From an uncultured Pseudomonadota bacterium (GTDB taxonomy: Bacteria > Pseudomonadota > Alphaproteobacteria > Rs-D84), in NCBI GenBank assembly GCA_902781465.1, contig CACZJK010000003.1, positions 12,054 to 76,053 of the forward strand: DNA of 64,000 nt. Direction: 5' to 3'. The position numbers and the translations under genes were made by a program. Below the pieces are notes generated by a model. It had not been told where the DNA came from and did not search any database. It saw only the letters and a list, made by a program, of their open reading frames with translations. Of the stretch, positions 39,325 to 48,825 are shown piece after piece. Every line of letters begins with the position of its first letter. The stretch's first letter is position 1.

Positions 39325-42300
39325 ATGACAAATATGTTGCAAAAGATATTTGGACAAATAGAAACCAAGGAACAGTTTGATGCTTTGCGTATTTCTATTG
39401 CGTCCCCAGAAGAAATTCTGTCTTGGTCGCATGGTGAAGTTAAAAAGCCTGAAACAATCAACTATCATTCCTTGAAACCAGAAGCAGAAGGTTTGTTCTG
39501 TCAACAAATTTTCGGTCCGGTGAAAGATTACGAATGTGCGTGCGGAAAATATAAACGTATTAAATTCCGCGGTGTTGTTTGTGAACGTTGTGGCGTAGAA
39601 GTTGGTTCATCTGCTGTTCGTCGTGAACGTATGGGACACATTAAATTGGCGATTCCTGTTGCGCATACTTGGTTTTTGCGTGAAGGCAAAATTGCTACAT
39701 TATTGAACAATTTGCCACAAAAGAAATTGGAACAAGTTATTTCTTATGATGCTTATATTGTGACAGAACCTGGCCTTACCAGTTTGAAACAATATGATGT
39801 TATCAGTGAAGATGAATACCAAGCAGCAGTTGAAGAATTCGGTGAAGATTCTTTCCATGTTGGCATTGGTGCCGAAGGTATTCGTTCCATCATCGCAAAC
39901 CTTGATATGGGTGATGAAAGAACACGTTTGCGTGCTGAATTGGCTGAAACAAAATCAGAAGCAAAACGTAAATCTATTATCAAACAATTAAAATTGGTTG
40001 AATCATTCCTTGATTCCAAGACTGAACCAGCATGGATGTTGCCGGATATTATCCCTGTTATCCCACCTGATATGCGTCCTTTGGTCACTTTGGATGCAGG
40101 ACACGTTGCAACATCTGATTTGAACGATTTGTATCGTCGTGTGATTATTCGTAACAATCGTTTGAAAAGATTTATTGAAATGCACGCACCTGAAATCATC
40201 GTTCGTAACGAAAAACGTATGTTGCAGGAAGCAGTTGATTCATTGTTCGATAACGGACATAAAGCACGTCCAATGGTTTCACAAAACCGTCGTCCTTTGA
40301 AATCATTGTCTGATTCATTGCGTGGTAAACAAGGTCGTTTCCGTATGAATATGTTGGGTAAACGTGTAGATTATTCTGGACGTAGCGTTATTACACCTGG
40401 ACCAACACTTCGTATGCACCAGGTTGGTTTGCCAAAAACAATGGCATTGGAATTATTCAAACCATTTGTTTATGCTAAATTGTTGGCTGGTGATTATGCT
40501 AATACTTTGAAGACAGCACGCAAGATGGTTGAAGCGGGCGAAGATATCGTATGGGAAATTTTGGAAAAAGTTATTTACCAACATCCTGTATTGTTGAACC
40601 GTGCGCCATCACTTCACAGATTGTCTTTGATTGCGTTTGAACCAGTCTTGATTGAAGGTAAAGCAATCCGTTTGCACCCATTGGTATGTAAAGGATTCAA
40701 TGCGGACTTTGACGGTGACCAGATGTCTGTACACGTTCCAATTTCATTAGAAGCACAATTGGAAGCACGTACATTGATGTTGTCAACCAATAACGTATTG
40801 TCACCTGCTAATGGTGAACCTATGACTGTTCCATCCCAGGACATGGTTTTGGGTGTTTACTATATCTCTTTGATTAACGGTGAACACGATGAAAAGAAAT
40901 CTCCAAGATTTTCTGGTATGGATGAAGTTCAATTGGCATTGGAAAACAAGACAATCACATTACATACACCTATCTATGCACGTGTAAATGGTAAAACTTA
41001 CGCTACAACAGCAGGTCGTATGATTTTGGGTGAATTATTGCCAAAGTCTGAAAATATGCCATTTGATTTGGTTAATAAAGTTATGCCAGTGAAAGAAATC
41101 AAAAAATTGTTAGCAACAACATACGAACGTTGTGGCGACAAGGCGATGATTTTGTTGGCTGATGCTTTGAAAGATACAGGTTTCGAACAGGCTGTACGCA
41201 GTGGTATTTCAATCGGATTTGATGATATCGTTGTTCCTGCTGAAAAAGAAGCAATGATTGCAAAATCTGAAAAAGCAGCGGCAGAAATCGAAAATCAATA
41301 TCAAAACGGTTTGTTGTCCAGTGGTGAACGTCACAATAAATTGATTGACTTGTGGCAACATACAACTGACGAATTGGGTGATAAAGCGTATGCTTCTTTG
41401 GGTAATACCGAAGGCGACAAATGGAATTCAATCCACATGATGGCTTTGTCTGGTGCTCGTGGTTCCAAAGGTCAGATTCAGCAGTTGGCAGGTATGCGTG
41501 GTATGATGCAGAAACCAGACGGTTCTATTATTGAAGTTCCTATTATTTCGAACTTTAAAGAAGGTTTGACCATGTCTGAATACTTTACATCAACCCACGG
41601 TGCACGTAAAGGTATGTCGGATACTGCTTTGAAAACCGCGTCTGCTGGTTATTTGACACGTCGTTTGGTCGATTTGGCAATCAACACAGTTATCACAGAA
41701 CACGATTGTGGAACACATGAATTCATTACTGCTAAACCAGTATATCAAGGTTCTACATTGACTGTTGCTTTGGGTGATGTAGTGTTGGGTCGTACAGCGG
41801 CACACGATGTTGTTCATCCTTTGACCAAAGAAGTTATCGTAAAAGCTGGTGATTTAATTACAAAGGCAGCCGCACGTCAAATCAATGAATCTGGATTACC
41901 ATCTGTTGATGTACGCAGCGTTTTGACATGTCAAAGCGACGGTTTGTGTGCAAAATGTTATGGTATGGATTTGTCCAGAAATGCATTGGTTCACGTTGGC
42001 GAAGCAGTTGGTTTGATTGCTGGTCAATCAATTGGTGAACCTGGAACCCAGTTGACTTTGCGTACCTTCCACATTGGTGGTATTGCAGAAGGTGGTTCTG
42101 AATCTCACTTTATTGAAATGCCAGTTGCTGGAAAAATCAAATTGGATAACGTTAACACAATTACAAACTCTAATGGCCGTGTAGTTGTATTGTCACGTAC
42201 TGGTAAAATAGGCGTTGTAAACGAAGAAGGTAAAGAATTGTTCACAGTTGCATTGCCTTATGCGTCTATGTTGTTGGTAAATGACGGTGATACAGTTGAA

Positions 42301-43437
42301 AAAGGTCAGAAAGTTGCAGAATGGGATCCATATTCCAATACAATTATTGCTGAAAAAGACGGTATTGTATCGTTTAACGATTTGATTGAAAACGTTTCTT
42401 ATCAAGAAGAAGTCGATTCAATGACAGGTATCGTTTCCCGCAAAGTTATCAACTGGAAAGCAAATACCAAGAAAGCATTAAGCCCATCTATCAGATTGGT
42501 TGATGAAAAAGGTAATATGATTTCATTGGGTGGCAAAAAAGTCGCAGAATATCTGTTGCCAACATATTCAACCCTGAATGTGTCAAATGGTGATGCGATA
42601 CATGCGGGCGACATTTTGGCACGTATCCCTGTTCAATCTAAGAAAACAGGTGATATTACTGGTGGATTGCCACGTGTTGAAGAATTGTTGGAAATCCGCC
42701 GTCCTGCTAACCCAGCATTGTTGGCCGAAATTGACGGTACAGTCGAATTAGAAGATGCGAAATCAAAGATTATAATTCGTATTGAACCAACAGACGGCAC
42801 AGCACCTGTTGAATACGCTGTACCAAAGGGAACTAATTTATTGGTTCGCAGCGGTGATACAGTTCACAAGGCTGATAAATTGGTCGATGGTGATCCTGTT
42901 CCACAAGATATTTTGCGCATCTTGGGTCAAAAAGCATTGGCACAATTTATGGTTGAACAGGTCCAACAAGTTTATCGCTTGCAGGGTGTGTCCATCAATG
43001 ACAAACATATTGAAATTTTGATACGTGAAATGACACGTCGTGTAGAAGTCAGCAACCCAGGTGATACTGCGTTCCTTAGTGGACAAGTTATTGACCGTGT
43101 TGATTTCGAAGAAGAAAACGCACGTGTTGCAAAAGACGGTGGCCGTGTTGCAGAAGCCTCTCAAGTTTTGGTCGGTTTGACACGCGCATCTTTGACTTCA
43201 CGTTCATTTATATCCAATGCATCGTTCCAACAAACAACGAAAGTGTTGGTTGACGCGGCAATCAGTGGTTCTACCGATAAATTGGTCGGTGTGAACGAAA
43301 ACTTGATTGTTGGTCGTTTGATACCAATTGGAACTGGTGCCTATGTTCGTCGTGTTCGTGAAATCGCGAAAGAAGAAGAAAAGGCTGAAAAATTGGCCCG
43401 TGAAGGTGGCGAACAACAACAGTTGTTGGATATTTAA
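39325..43437 (+). CDS. rpoC: DNA-directed RNA polymerase subunit beta'
   Basis: 1370 aa. Zn-finger CACGKYKRIKFRGVVCERCG and catalytic NADFDGDQM. Confidence 0.98.
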   Translation: MTNMLQKIFGQIETKEQFDALRISIASPEEILSWSHGEVKKPETINYHSLKPEAEGLFCQQIFGPVKDYECACGKYKRIKFRGVVCERCGVEVGSSAVRRERMGHIKLAIPVAHTWFLREGKIATLLNNLPQKKLEQVISYDAYIVTEPGLTSLKQYDVISEDEYQAAVEEFGEDSFHVGIGAEGIRSIIANLDMGDERTRLRAELAETKSEAKRKSIIKQLKLVESFLDSKTEPAWMLPDIIPVIPPDMRPLVTLDAGHVATSDLNDLYRRVIIRNNRLKRFIEMHAPEIIVRNEKRMLQEAVDSLFDNGHKARPMVSQNRRPLKSLSDSLRGKQGRFRMNMLGKRVDYSGRSVITPGPTLRMHQVGLPKTMALELFKPFVYAKLLAGDYANTLKTARKMVEAGEDIVWEILEKVIYQHPVLLNRAPSLHRLSLIAFEPVLIEGKAIRLHPLVCKGFNADFDGDQMSVHVPISLEAQLEARTLMLSTNNVLSPANGEPMTVPSQDMVLGVYYISLINGEHDEKKSPRFSGMDEVQLALENKTITLHTPIYARVNGKTYATTAGRMILGELLPKSENMPFDLVNKVMPVKEIKKLLATTYERCGDKAMILLADALKDTGFEQAVRSGISIGFDDIVVPAEKEAMIAKSEKAAAEIENQYQNGLLSSGERHNKLIDLWQHTTDELGDKAYASLGNTEGDKWNSIHMMALSGARGSKGQIQQLAGMRGMMQKPDGSIIEVPIISNFKEGLTMSEYFTSTHGARKGMSDTALKTASAGYLTRRLVDLAINTVITEHDCGTHEFITAKPVYQGSTLTVALGDVVLGRTAAHDVVHPLTKEVIVKAGDLITKAAARQINESGLPSVDVRSVLTCQSDGLCAKCYGMDLSRNALVHVGEAVGLIAGQSIGEPGTQLTLRTFHIGGIAEGGSESHFIEMPVAGKIKLDNVNTITNSNGRVVVLSRTGKIGVVNEEGKELFTVALPYASMLLVNDGDTVEKGQKVAEWDPYSNTIIAEKDGIVSFNDLIENVSYQEEVDSMTGIVSRKVINWKANTKKALSPSIRLVDEKGNMISLGGKKVAEYLLPTYSTLNVSNGDAIHAGDILARIPVQSKKTGDITGGLPRVEELLEIRRPANPALLAEIDGTVELEDAKSKIIIRIEPTDGTAPVEYAVPKGTNLLVRSGDTVHKADKLVDGDPVPQDILRILGQKALAQFMVEQVQQVYRLQGVSINDKHIEILIREMTRRVEVSNPGDTAFLSGQVIDRVDFEEENARVAKDGGRVAEASQVLVGLTRASLTSRSFISNASFQQTTKVLVDAAISGSTDKLVGVNENLIVGRLIPIGTGAYVRRVREIAKEEEKAEKLAREGGEQQQLLDI

Positions 43438-43449
43438 TAAAATAACTGA

Positions 43450-43489
43450 ATACCCGGTGTTATCGCATTTGTGAAATGCCGGGTATTTT
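43450..43489 (+). terminator. Rho-independent terminator after rpoC
   Basis: ATACCCGG (43450-43457) pairs with CCGGGTAT (43479-43486), followed by TTTT. Confidence 0.7.
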
Positions 43490-43503
43490 ATGGATAAAAA
43501 GAA

Positions 43504-43902
43504 ATGAAAGAAATACCTGCGATTTTTTGTGATATAGATGGTGTGGTGACGCATAAGTTTGCTGTGCCTAACTATGATCATTTTGGTGAACCAAACGAAA
43601 CAATGCTTCCTGTGTTGGAATGTTTGGGTCGCGAATTTACTTTGGTCTTTATCACAGGACGTTGGGCGATGGGACAAGAAAAAGTTGAAAAACTTTTGAA
43701 CAGTTTATTGCCAAATGCTAAAAAATTAGTGTTTTGTAAATCGCATGAATACCCTGGGACAACGGCTGAATATAAATTGGAAACAATTAAAAATTTGGAA
43801 AAGCAGGGCTATAAATTTCATTTTGGCATTGATGACCACAGCGCAGTTGTTGGTTTAATGCATAACCATGGTATGTTTATTGCCCAGGCACTAAGTGATT
43901 AA
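43504..43902 (+). CDS. Small HAD-superfamily-like phosphatase (132 aa)
   Basis: N-terminal FCDIDGVV (DxDG motif I), FITGRW (motif II-like), GIDDH (motif IV-like). Confidence 0.55.
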   Translation: MKEIPAIFCDIDGVVTHKFAVPNYDHFGEPNETMLPVLECLGREFTLVFITGRWAMGQEKVEKLLNSLLPNAKKLVFCKSHEYPGTTAEYKLETIKNLEKQGYKFHFGIDDHSAVVGLMHNHGMFIAQALSD

Positions 43903-43973
43903 GAAAGTATTTTTTGCTTGCAAATAACGAATAATTGAATAGAATTAACAAAGTCAAATAAAAGGATTGTAAA

Positions 43974-44123
43974 ATGGCAACTCCAAAAAGTAAAACAAGT
44001 AAAGCACGTTCAGCACAACGTCGTTCTCATGATGCATTGTCTGTAATGCCAGTGAGCGTTTGCAAAAAATGTGGCGAAAAGAAACGCCCACATCATGTTT
44101 GCCCTGCGTGTGGTTCAAAATAA
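43974..44123 (+). CDS. rpmF: 50S ribosomal protein L32 (49 aa; below the ORF-track cutoff)
   Basis: MATPKSKTSKARSAQRRSHDALSVMPVSVCKKCGEKKRPHHVCPACGSK. Canonical position upstream of plsX. Confidence 0.9.
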   Translation: MATPKSKTSKARSAQRRSHDALSVMPVSVCKKCGEKKRPHHVCPACGSK

Positions 44124-44142
44124 TACTTGAAAAAAGGAATTA

Positions 44143-44178
44143 AAGGGCAGCGGTGTTTTGTCCAGTTGCCCTTTTTTT
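44143..44178 (+). terminator. Hairpin plus T-run after rpmF
   Basis: AAGGGCA (44143-44149) pairs with TGCCCTT (44167-44173), followed by TTTTT. Confidence 0.6.
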
Positions 44179-44186
44179 ATACAAAA

Positions 44187-45260
44187 ATGTCAGAAACTAA
44201 AAAAATTATTTCAGTTGATGCAATGGGCGGCGATCATGCTCCGATTGCTGTGTTGGGTGGAATGAATCAATTCCTTTATCAATATGGCGAAGATTCTGTG
44301 TTTTTTCGTGTTTTTGGTAATGAAAGAATATTGCGTACCCTGTTAAAGAAATATCCACGTGTTGCGCGTAATTGTGAAATTATTCATGCGAACGAGGTTA
44401 TTTCTGGAACTGATAAAGTGCGCGATGTTATTCGTCATGCCCAAGATACATCGATGTATATGGCGGTCAAGGATGTAAGGGATGGGAATTCGTCTGCGGT
44501 TGTGTCTGCTGGGAATACTGGTGTTTTGATGGCATTGTCTAAATTGGCGTTGAAAACAGTTGATGGTATTTCTCGTCCTGCGATTACAACAATGTTGCCA
44601 TCTGGTAATGGTGATACACGTGTTGTGGGGTTAGATTTGGGCGCAAACGTTCAATGCGATGAAGAAATTTTGTTCGACTTTTCAATATTGGGCAGTGTTT
44701 ATGCTGAAATTATTGGCGGTATGACACGTCCACGTGTTGGCATTTTGAATATTGGTGAAGAAGAAACCAAGGGTAATGAAACATTACAACGCTTGAATAA
44801 AATACTGATGGAACATATCGACGAATTGCCTTACGAATATATTGGTTTCGTAGAAGGTAATGATGTGACCGCTGGACGTGTTCAGGTTGTTGTCACAGAT
44901 GGCTTTACAGGCAACGTTATGTTAAAAACGGTAGAAGGTACCGCAAAAATGATTTCGCGCATTGTAAAGGCAAATTACAAGCGTTCTTGGTTGGCAATTT
45001 TGGGTACATTCTTCCTTATCCATTTGTTCAAAAGATTAAAGAATAAAATTGACCCACGTTCTTATGCTGGGGCGGTGTTCTTGGGGCTTAATGGCTTTTC
45101 AATAAAAACACATGGAAATTCTGATGCGCTGGCTTGGGCTCATGCGTTGGAATATGCGGTGAATTTATCTAAATCAGATTTTTATGGAAAGATTCGCGAA
45201 AGAACAGAAGCACTTTCTAATATCAAAGAAGAAATAAAAACTTTGGATAAAGCTGAATAA
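44187..45260 (+). CDS. plsX: Phosphate acyltransferase PlsX
   Basis: The ATG at 44187 gives MSETKKIISVDAMGGDHAP. The track TTG at 44127 would overlap the rpmF terminator. GFTGNVMLKT motif. Confidence 0.93.
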   Translation: MSETKKIISVDAMGGDHAPIAVLGGMNQFLYQYGEDSVFFRVFGNERILRTLLKKYPRVARNCEIIHANEVISGTDKVRDVIRHAQDTSMYMAVKDVRDGNSSAVVSAGNTGVLMALSKLALKTVDGISRPAITTMLPSGNGDTRVVGLDLGANVQCDEEILFDFSILGSVYAEIIGGMTRPRVGILNIGEEETKGNETLQRLNKILMEHIDELPYEYIGFVEGNDVTAGRVQVVVTDGFTGNVMLKTVEGTAKMISRIVKANYKRSWLAILGTFFLIHLFKRLKNKIDPRSYAGAVFLGLNGFSIKTHGNSDALAWAHALEYAVNLSKSDFYGKIRERTEALSNIKEEIKTLDKAE

Positions 45261-45270
45261 TAAAAAAGTG

Positions 45271-45296
45271 CGCAGATTAAATTCTGCGTCTTTTTA
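45271..45296 (+). terminator. Rho-independent terminator after plsX
   Basis: CGCAGA (45271-45276) pairs with TCTGCG (45283-45288), then a T-run. Confidence 0.6.
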
Positions 45297-45302
45297 TATC
45301 AA

Positions 45303-45328
45303 TAAAAAAACCGCCATTTCGGCGGTTT
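45303..45328 (-). terminator. Rho-independent terminator after the 797-aa gene
   Basis: CCGCC-atttc-GGCGG (45311-45325). The A7 run at 45304-45310 becomes a T-run on the minus strand. Confidence 0.75.
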
Positions 45329-45332
45329 AATT

Positions 45333-47726
45333 TTAGTCAGAATTCTTTAAGCATTTCAGATTATCTAATGTTGTTTCATTACCTGTTAAGTAATAATCTG
45401 AATATCCTTCTGGGCAAGAACATGTTGTTGCCTGGCCACCAGCAGATACTGTTTGAATTGTGCTGCCAGTCACCGCGGTATAAGAGCATGTATCGCCAGT
45501 GCATTGTTTCTTGTATTCTTGTGCCATAGGACAATATTTACATTCTGTTTTTCCTTTGCCATCTGCATTATCTTTTAAGTAATAATTAGCAGAGCAGTTT
45601 ATCAACATACTTGAAACCCAATCGTTCATTGCGCGCAATGTCAATTTTGTTCCGTCTTTTGGTGTGTATCCGCCAACAGACATACATGTTGTGATTTCAG
45701 AAGAACATGCATTGACCGCGGTTCTTGATACTGTTGATGCTGTGTTAGATTCATCGTATCCATTTGTGGACAAGCAAGATTGAACGTCAGCACGACATCC
45801 TTCGGCATAATCTGCCAAAATTGCATCTTGTTGAACTTTGATTTTTGCCAATGTGTTTGTTAAATACATACGAACAACTTCATTAGCAGGGATATATTTC
45901 TTGGTCGATTTTTGACTGTTGAATGTGTAATCTTGACATTGTTTCATCACAGATGCGCACATACCATGAACTTTGTCTTCGCCGTCAATATAACCGATTT
46001 TTTGCAACAAGTACAATGCCATGTTATCTGTTTTTGTCGAATCTTTATAAGATGTATAGTTGCTTTTCCAATCTGTTAAAGCATCATCAATATATCCACC
46101 AAGGTTTTCTTTGGCACCAATACTCCATGCATTCAAACCTGAACCATAATTCCAAGTGGAATACAAATCATACATACCACCACTTGTCCATTCTGTGCTT
46201 GATGGGTCATAGTCGTTTTCATTTTTGTTTTGACCGCCAGAAACGCCTGGTGTTCCACCCTTTACAATTTCGCCGTTGGCCAAATATTTACCAGTTGGAT
46301 CAAGGCATAATTCGTAATCAGAACCGCAAACATATTCGTCTTGCATACAAGAATCAATTGCCGCGACACAACCACGTAAATCATAAGAATTTTTGTTTTG
46401 TGTCAATAACAAACGTGCCTGTTGCAAGATGTTGGTAGCATTTACAACATTGTTTTTCATTTCTGTATTTGCTTCGTTCAAACTGCGTTCGTAAGCAATA
46501 CATTGTTTATCAATTTCCAAATCATAAGAATTGGTGATAACATTCGCATCAATACCTTGTGCTGTGCAAGAATTCAAAACAGTAGCCTTGCAACGATTTG
46601 TTGCGGTCTTGTACAATTGTTCGCCACGTTGATTAGAAACACTGTTTGTAGCGTTGTTATTTGTTCCAAGGAATGAATTCAAATCAAAACTGGACGAAAA
46701 ATCAGCACTTAATAAACCAGAAACATCCAAAGAAATACCATTGGTCACATCAGTTGCTGCTGCGTTTGGAGAAGATACATCAACAACTTTCTTTTTGATT
46801 GCATCCAAACTTGTTTTCAAACGTGAAGAATCAGAATTCGATTTCATTGCCAATTCTGCTTCCGTTTCAGCAAATAATGCTTCAATTTGAGAACCTGTTA
46901 AACCGATGTATTTAATTTTTTGAACGGCTTCTTGGAATTGTTCTGTTGCCGCTGCTAATGCTGCTTCTGTTTTTGCATAATTTTTCAAATTCTTTGAACA
47001 AGAACAACGACCTTGATTGTCATCCAAGACATTACAATAATTATCCATACATGCCGCATATTGCGCCTTGCAGTAATCTGTCAATTCGGCAATGGCTGTC
47101 AAATTTTCTGTTGTTTCTTTGACTTCTGCTTCTGTGACGGTAGGTATAGAAGATGTCAAAGATGAAGAGCTGGCACGTGCAGTTGCACGACGATTGCCAA
47201 CACCAACACGTGCTGCATTTGGATTGTATAAAGCATTACCAGAATCATTTAATGTTTGTTGTGAAGAATATGAAATATTACGGTTGCCAGTCATAACTGA
47301 ATTATTAGATGTTCCAACGCGCGCAGTCACTGGTTTAGCAGACGTTGCACCACGTGCGGTCACTGTTGCGCGTGAAGATGCAGCCCTGCTGACCACGCCA
47401 GATGGACGTGCGGCGCGCGATACTGTTCCGCGGGATGTCACAGACGCAGAACGTGGGGATGCCGCCATTGCGCGTGAAGATGTATTAGCGCGAGATGCTG
47501 TATTCGCAGACGATATAGCGCGAGATGCAGTTGTTGAACGATTGATTGTATTACGTTGCGCAACGCTTTTTGCCACAGGTGCATTTTGTGTTGTTTCGCT
47601 GGCGATTTCTTCGTCATCAAGCATTTCGTCTGTGTATTCGACAATTTCATCGTAATATACCGGCGCGACCTCTGCAAATGCAGGCAAAACCAACAAACTA
47701 CTTAATACAGTTATAAATCTTTTCAT
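45333..47726 (-). CDS. Large secreted protein with acidic N-terminus, Ser/Arg/Ala-rich degenerate repeats and a Cys-rich body
   Basis: 797 aa. Signal peptide MKRFITVLSSLLVLPAFA. Repeats such as TASRAISSANTASRANTSSRAMAASPRSASVTSRGTVSRAARPSGVVSRAASSRATVTARG. Many paired cysteines (CKAQYAAC, CVAAIDSC, CASVMKQC, CRADVQSC, CSSEITTC). No family recognised. Confidence 0.75.
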   Translation of the reverse strand: MKRFITVLSSLLVLPAFAEVAPVYYDEIVEYTDEMLDDEEIASETTQNAPVAKSVAQRNTINRSTTASRAISSANTASRANTSSRAMAASPRSASVTSRGTVSRAARPSGVVSRAASSRATVTARGATSAKPVTARVGTSNNSVMTGNRNISYSSQQTLNDSGNALYNPNAARVGVGNRRATARASSSSLTSSIPTVTEAEVKETTENLTAIAELTDYCKAQYAACMDNYCNVLDDNQGRCSCSKNLKNYAKTEAALAAATEQFQEAVQKIKYIGLTGSQIEALFAETEAELAMKSNSDSSRLKTSLDAIKKKVVDVSSPNAAATDVTNGISLDVSGLLSADFSSSFDLNSFLGTNNNATNSVSNQRGEQLYKTATNRCKATVLNSCTAQGIDANVITNSYDLEIDKQCIAYERSLNEANTEMKNNVVNATNILQQARLLLTQNKNSYDLRGCVAAIDSCMQDEYVCGSDYELCLDPTGKYLANGEIVKGGTPGVSGGQNKNENDYDPSSTEWTSGGMYDLYSTWNYGSGLNAWSIGAKENLGGYIDDALTDWKSNYTSYKDSTKTDNMALYLLQKIGYIDGEDKVHGMCASVMKQCQDYTFNSQKSTKKYIPANEVVRMYLTNTLAKIKVQQDAILADYAEGCRADVQSCLSTNGYDESNTASTVSRTAVNACSSEITTCMSVGGYTPKDGTKLTLRAMNDWVSSMLINCSANYYLKDNADGKGKTECKYCPMAQEYKKQCTGDTCSYTAVTGSTIQTVSAGGQATTCSCPEGYSDYYLTGNETTLDNLKCLKNSD
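47310..47558 (-). repeat. Coding low-complexity tract: degenerate [ST]-x-S-R-A repeats with Arg every 5-7 residues
   Basis: Residues ~57-139 of the 797-aa protein. It generates the spurious 187-aa antisense ORF at 47092..47655. Confidence 0.7.
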
Positions 47727-47919
47727 GTCTAGACATCCTTCCTTATAGGGATAATTTTATCATAAAGGTGATATCTTTACAAGTATAAAAAACAAATTTA
47801 TTCGCTGATTTTTGGCAAAGATGAAAATTTTTTAAATAATTTTTATTTTTATGCTTGACCTGCGAATCGGTTTTGTTCTAAGATGTTTGTATAGACAAGG
47901 GGAAAGTTAATAAAAACCT

Positions 47920-48020
47920 TAGAAATCTGGAAAAAACTAGAAATCTGGGGAAAAATAAAAAATAACAAAAAGTAAAAATAAAAATTTGTAAATACACTGG
48001 TAAATACAAAAATTTTTACT
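47920..48020. repeat. Direct and inverted repeats in the AT-rich divergent spacer
   Basis: TAGAAATCTGG twice (47920-47930, 47938-47948). GTAAATACA twice (47988-47996, 48000-48008), bracketed by AGTAAAAAT (47971-47979) and ATTTTTACT (48012-48020). Confidence 0.5.
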
Positions 48021-48055
48021 TTTTTACAAAAACAATATGAAAGGGGGGAAACCAC

Positions 48056-48385
48056 ATGCCAAAAAATATCAAAGAAATAATGATTGCCCTTAACAAAGTT
48101 TTGACCACAACAGTATGGGTCAATGCAGATCGTCAAATCGTATCTTTAAGCGATGAATTGCATATCGGTAAAAACAATTCACCACGTTCTATCGAAGATT
48201 TGTCACGTGCCGCATTGATTGGGGCCTATGTTTCATTACAAATCAGAACAGACAATTTTGATGTTGCTGCTGAATCTTTAGAAACAGCAGATTTAGCATT
48301 GCGTGTAAAAGAAATGGTTTTCGCAGAAGCCAAAAAAATTATGGATTCTGGCGAAGTTGAAGCAGGTCAACGCAAAGCAGCATAA
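48056..48385 (+). CDS. Hypothetical protein (109 aa)
   Basis: ATG preceded by AAAGGGGGG. Followed by a strong terminator. No family recognised. Confidence 0.55.
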   Translation: MPKNIKEIMIALNKVLTTTVWVNADRQIVSLSDELHIGKNNSPRSIEDLSRAALIGAYVSLQIRTDNFDVAAESLETADLALRVKEMVFAEAKKIMDSGEVEAGQRKAA

Positions 48386-48413
48386 CACAGTTTCCGTTTA
48401 TCGGAAGGAAGGG

Positions 48414-48453
48414 AGTCCCGCCACAGTTCATACTGTGGCGGACTTTTTTTTTA
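48414..48453 (+). terminator. Rho-independent terminator
   Basis: AGTCCCGCCACAG-ttcata-CTGTGGCGGACT followed by T9. Confidence 0.85.
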
Positions 48454-48756
48454 TCGTCCACTGTTTAACATGCGGACATCATCAAATTCAGGATGTTCGG
48501 TAAATATTTTCGAAATATATGGACATATAGACATAACTTTGCGGTGCTGTTCGCGTGCGATGTTTATTATTTCTGTGACCAGGTATAATTCAATATCTTT
48601 TGTTTGGTATTCTGGATCTATTTCGGCTTCACTTATCATTATTTTGTCGGCACCGACGCGGACAAAGAATATATTGCCAATTTTCTTTCCTTTGCATATT
48701 GCATACATACGGCATCCGTTATCACCAATTTGAAAAGTTATATCATTTCTGTTCAT
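48451..48756 (-). CDS. GNAT-like small acetyltransferase-fold protein (YjdJ-type)
   Basis: 101 aa. C-terminal CPYISKIFTEHPEFDDV pattern typical of the short GNAT-like family. Confidence 0.6.
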   Translation of the reverse strand: MNRNDITFQIGDNGCRMYAICKGKKIGNIFFVRVGADKIMISEAEIDPEYQTKDIELYLVTEIINIAREQHRKVMSICPYISKIFTEHPEFDDVRMLNSGR

Positions 48757-48825
48757 AAAAAAATCCCGTGCCTTTTGATATAAAATATAACACGGGATAA
48801 ATTAAAGACTATAAGATTGATTTCT

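Noticed and set aside
43204-43677. 157-aa minus-strand ORF spanning the rpoC 3' end, the terminator and the HAD-like gene start.
   Set aside because: It crosses a terminator hairpin and overlaps two better-supported plus-strand genes.
44127-44186. TTG-initiated N-terminal extension of plsX.
   Set aside because: It overlaps the rpmF terminator hairpin. The conserved PlsX N-terminus starts at the ATG at 44187.
47092-47655. 187-aa plus-strand ORF rich in Arg/Ala/Asp/Val.
   Set aside because: It is the mirror image of the Ser/Arg/Ala repeat tract of the 797-aa minus-strand gene. The repeat composition removes stop codons on the antisense strand.
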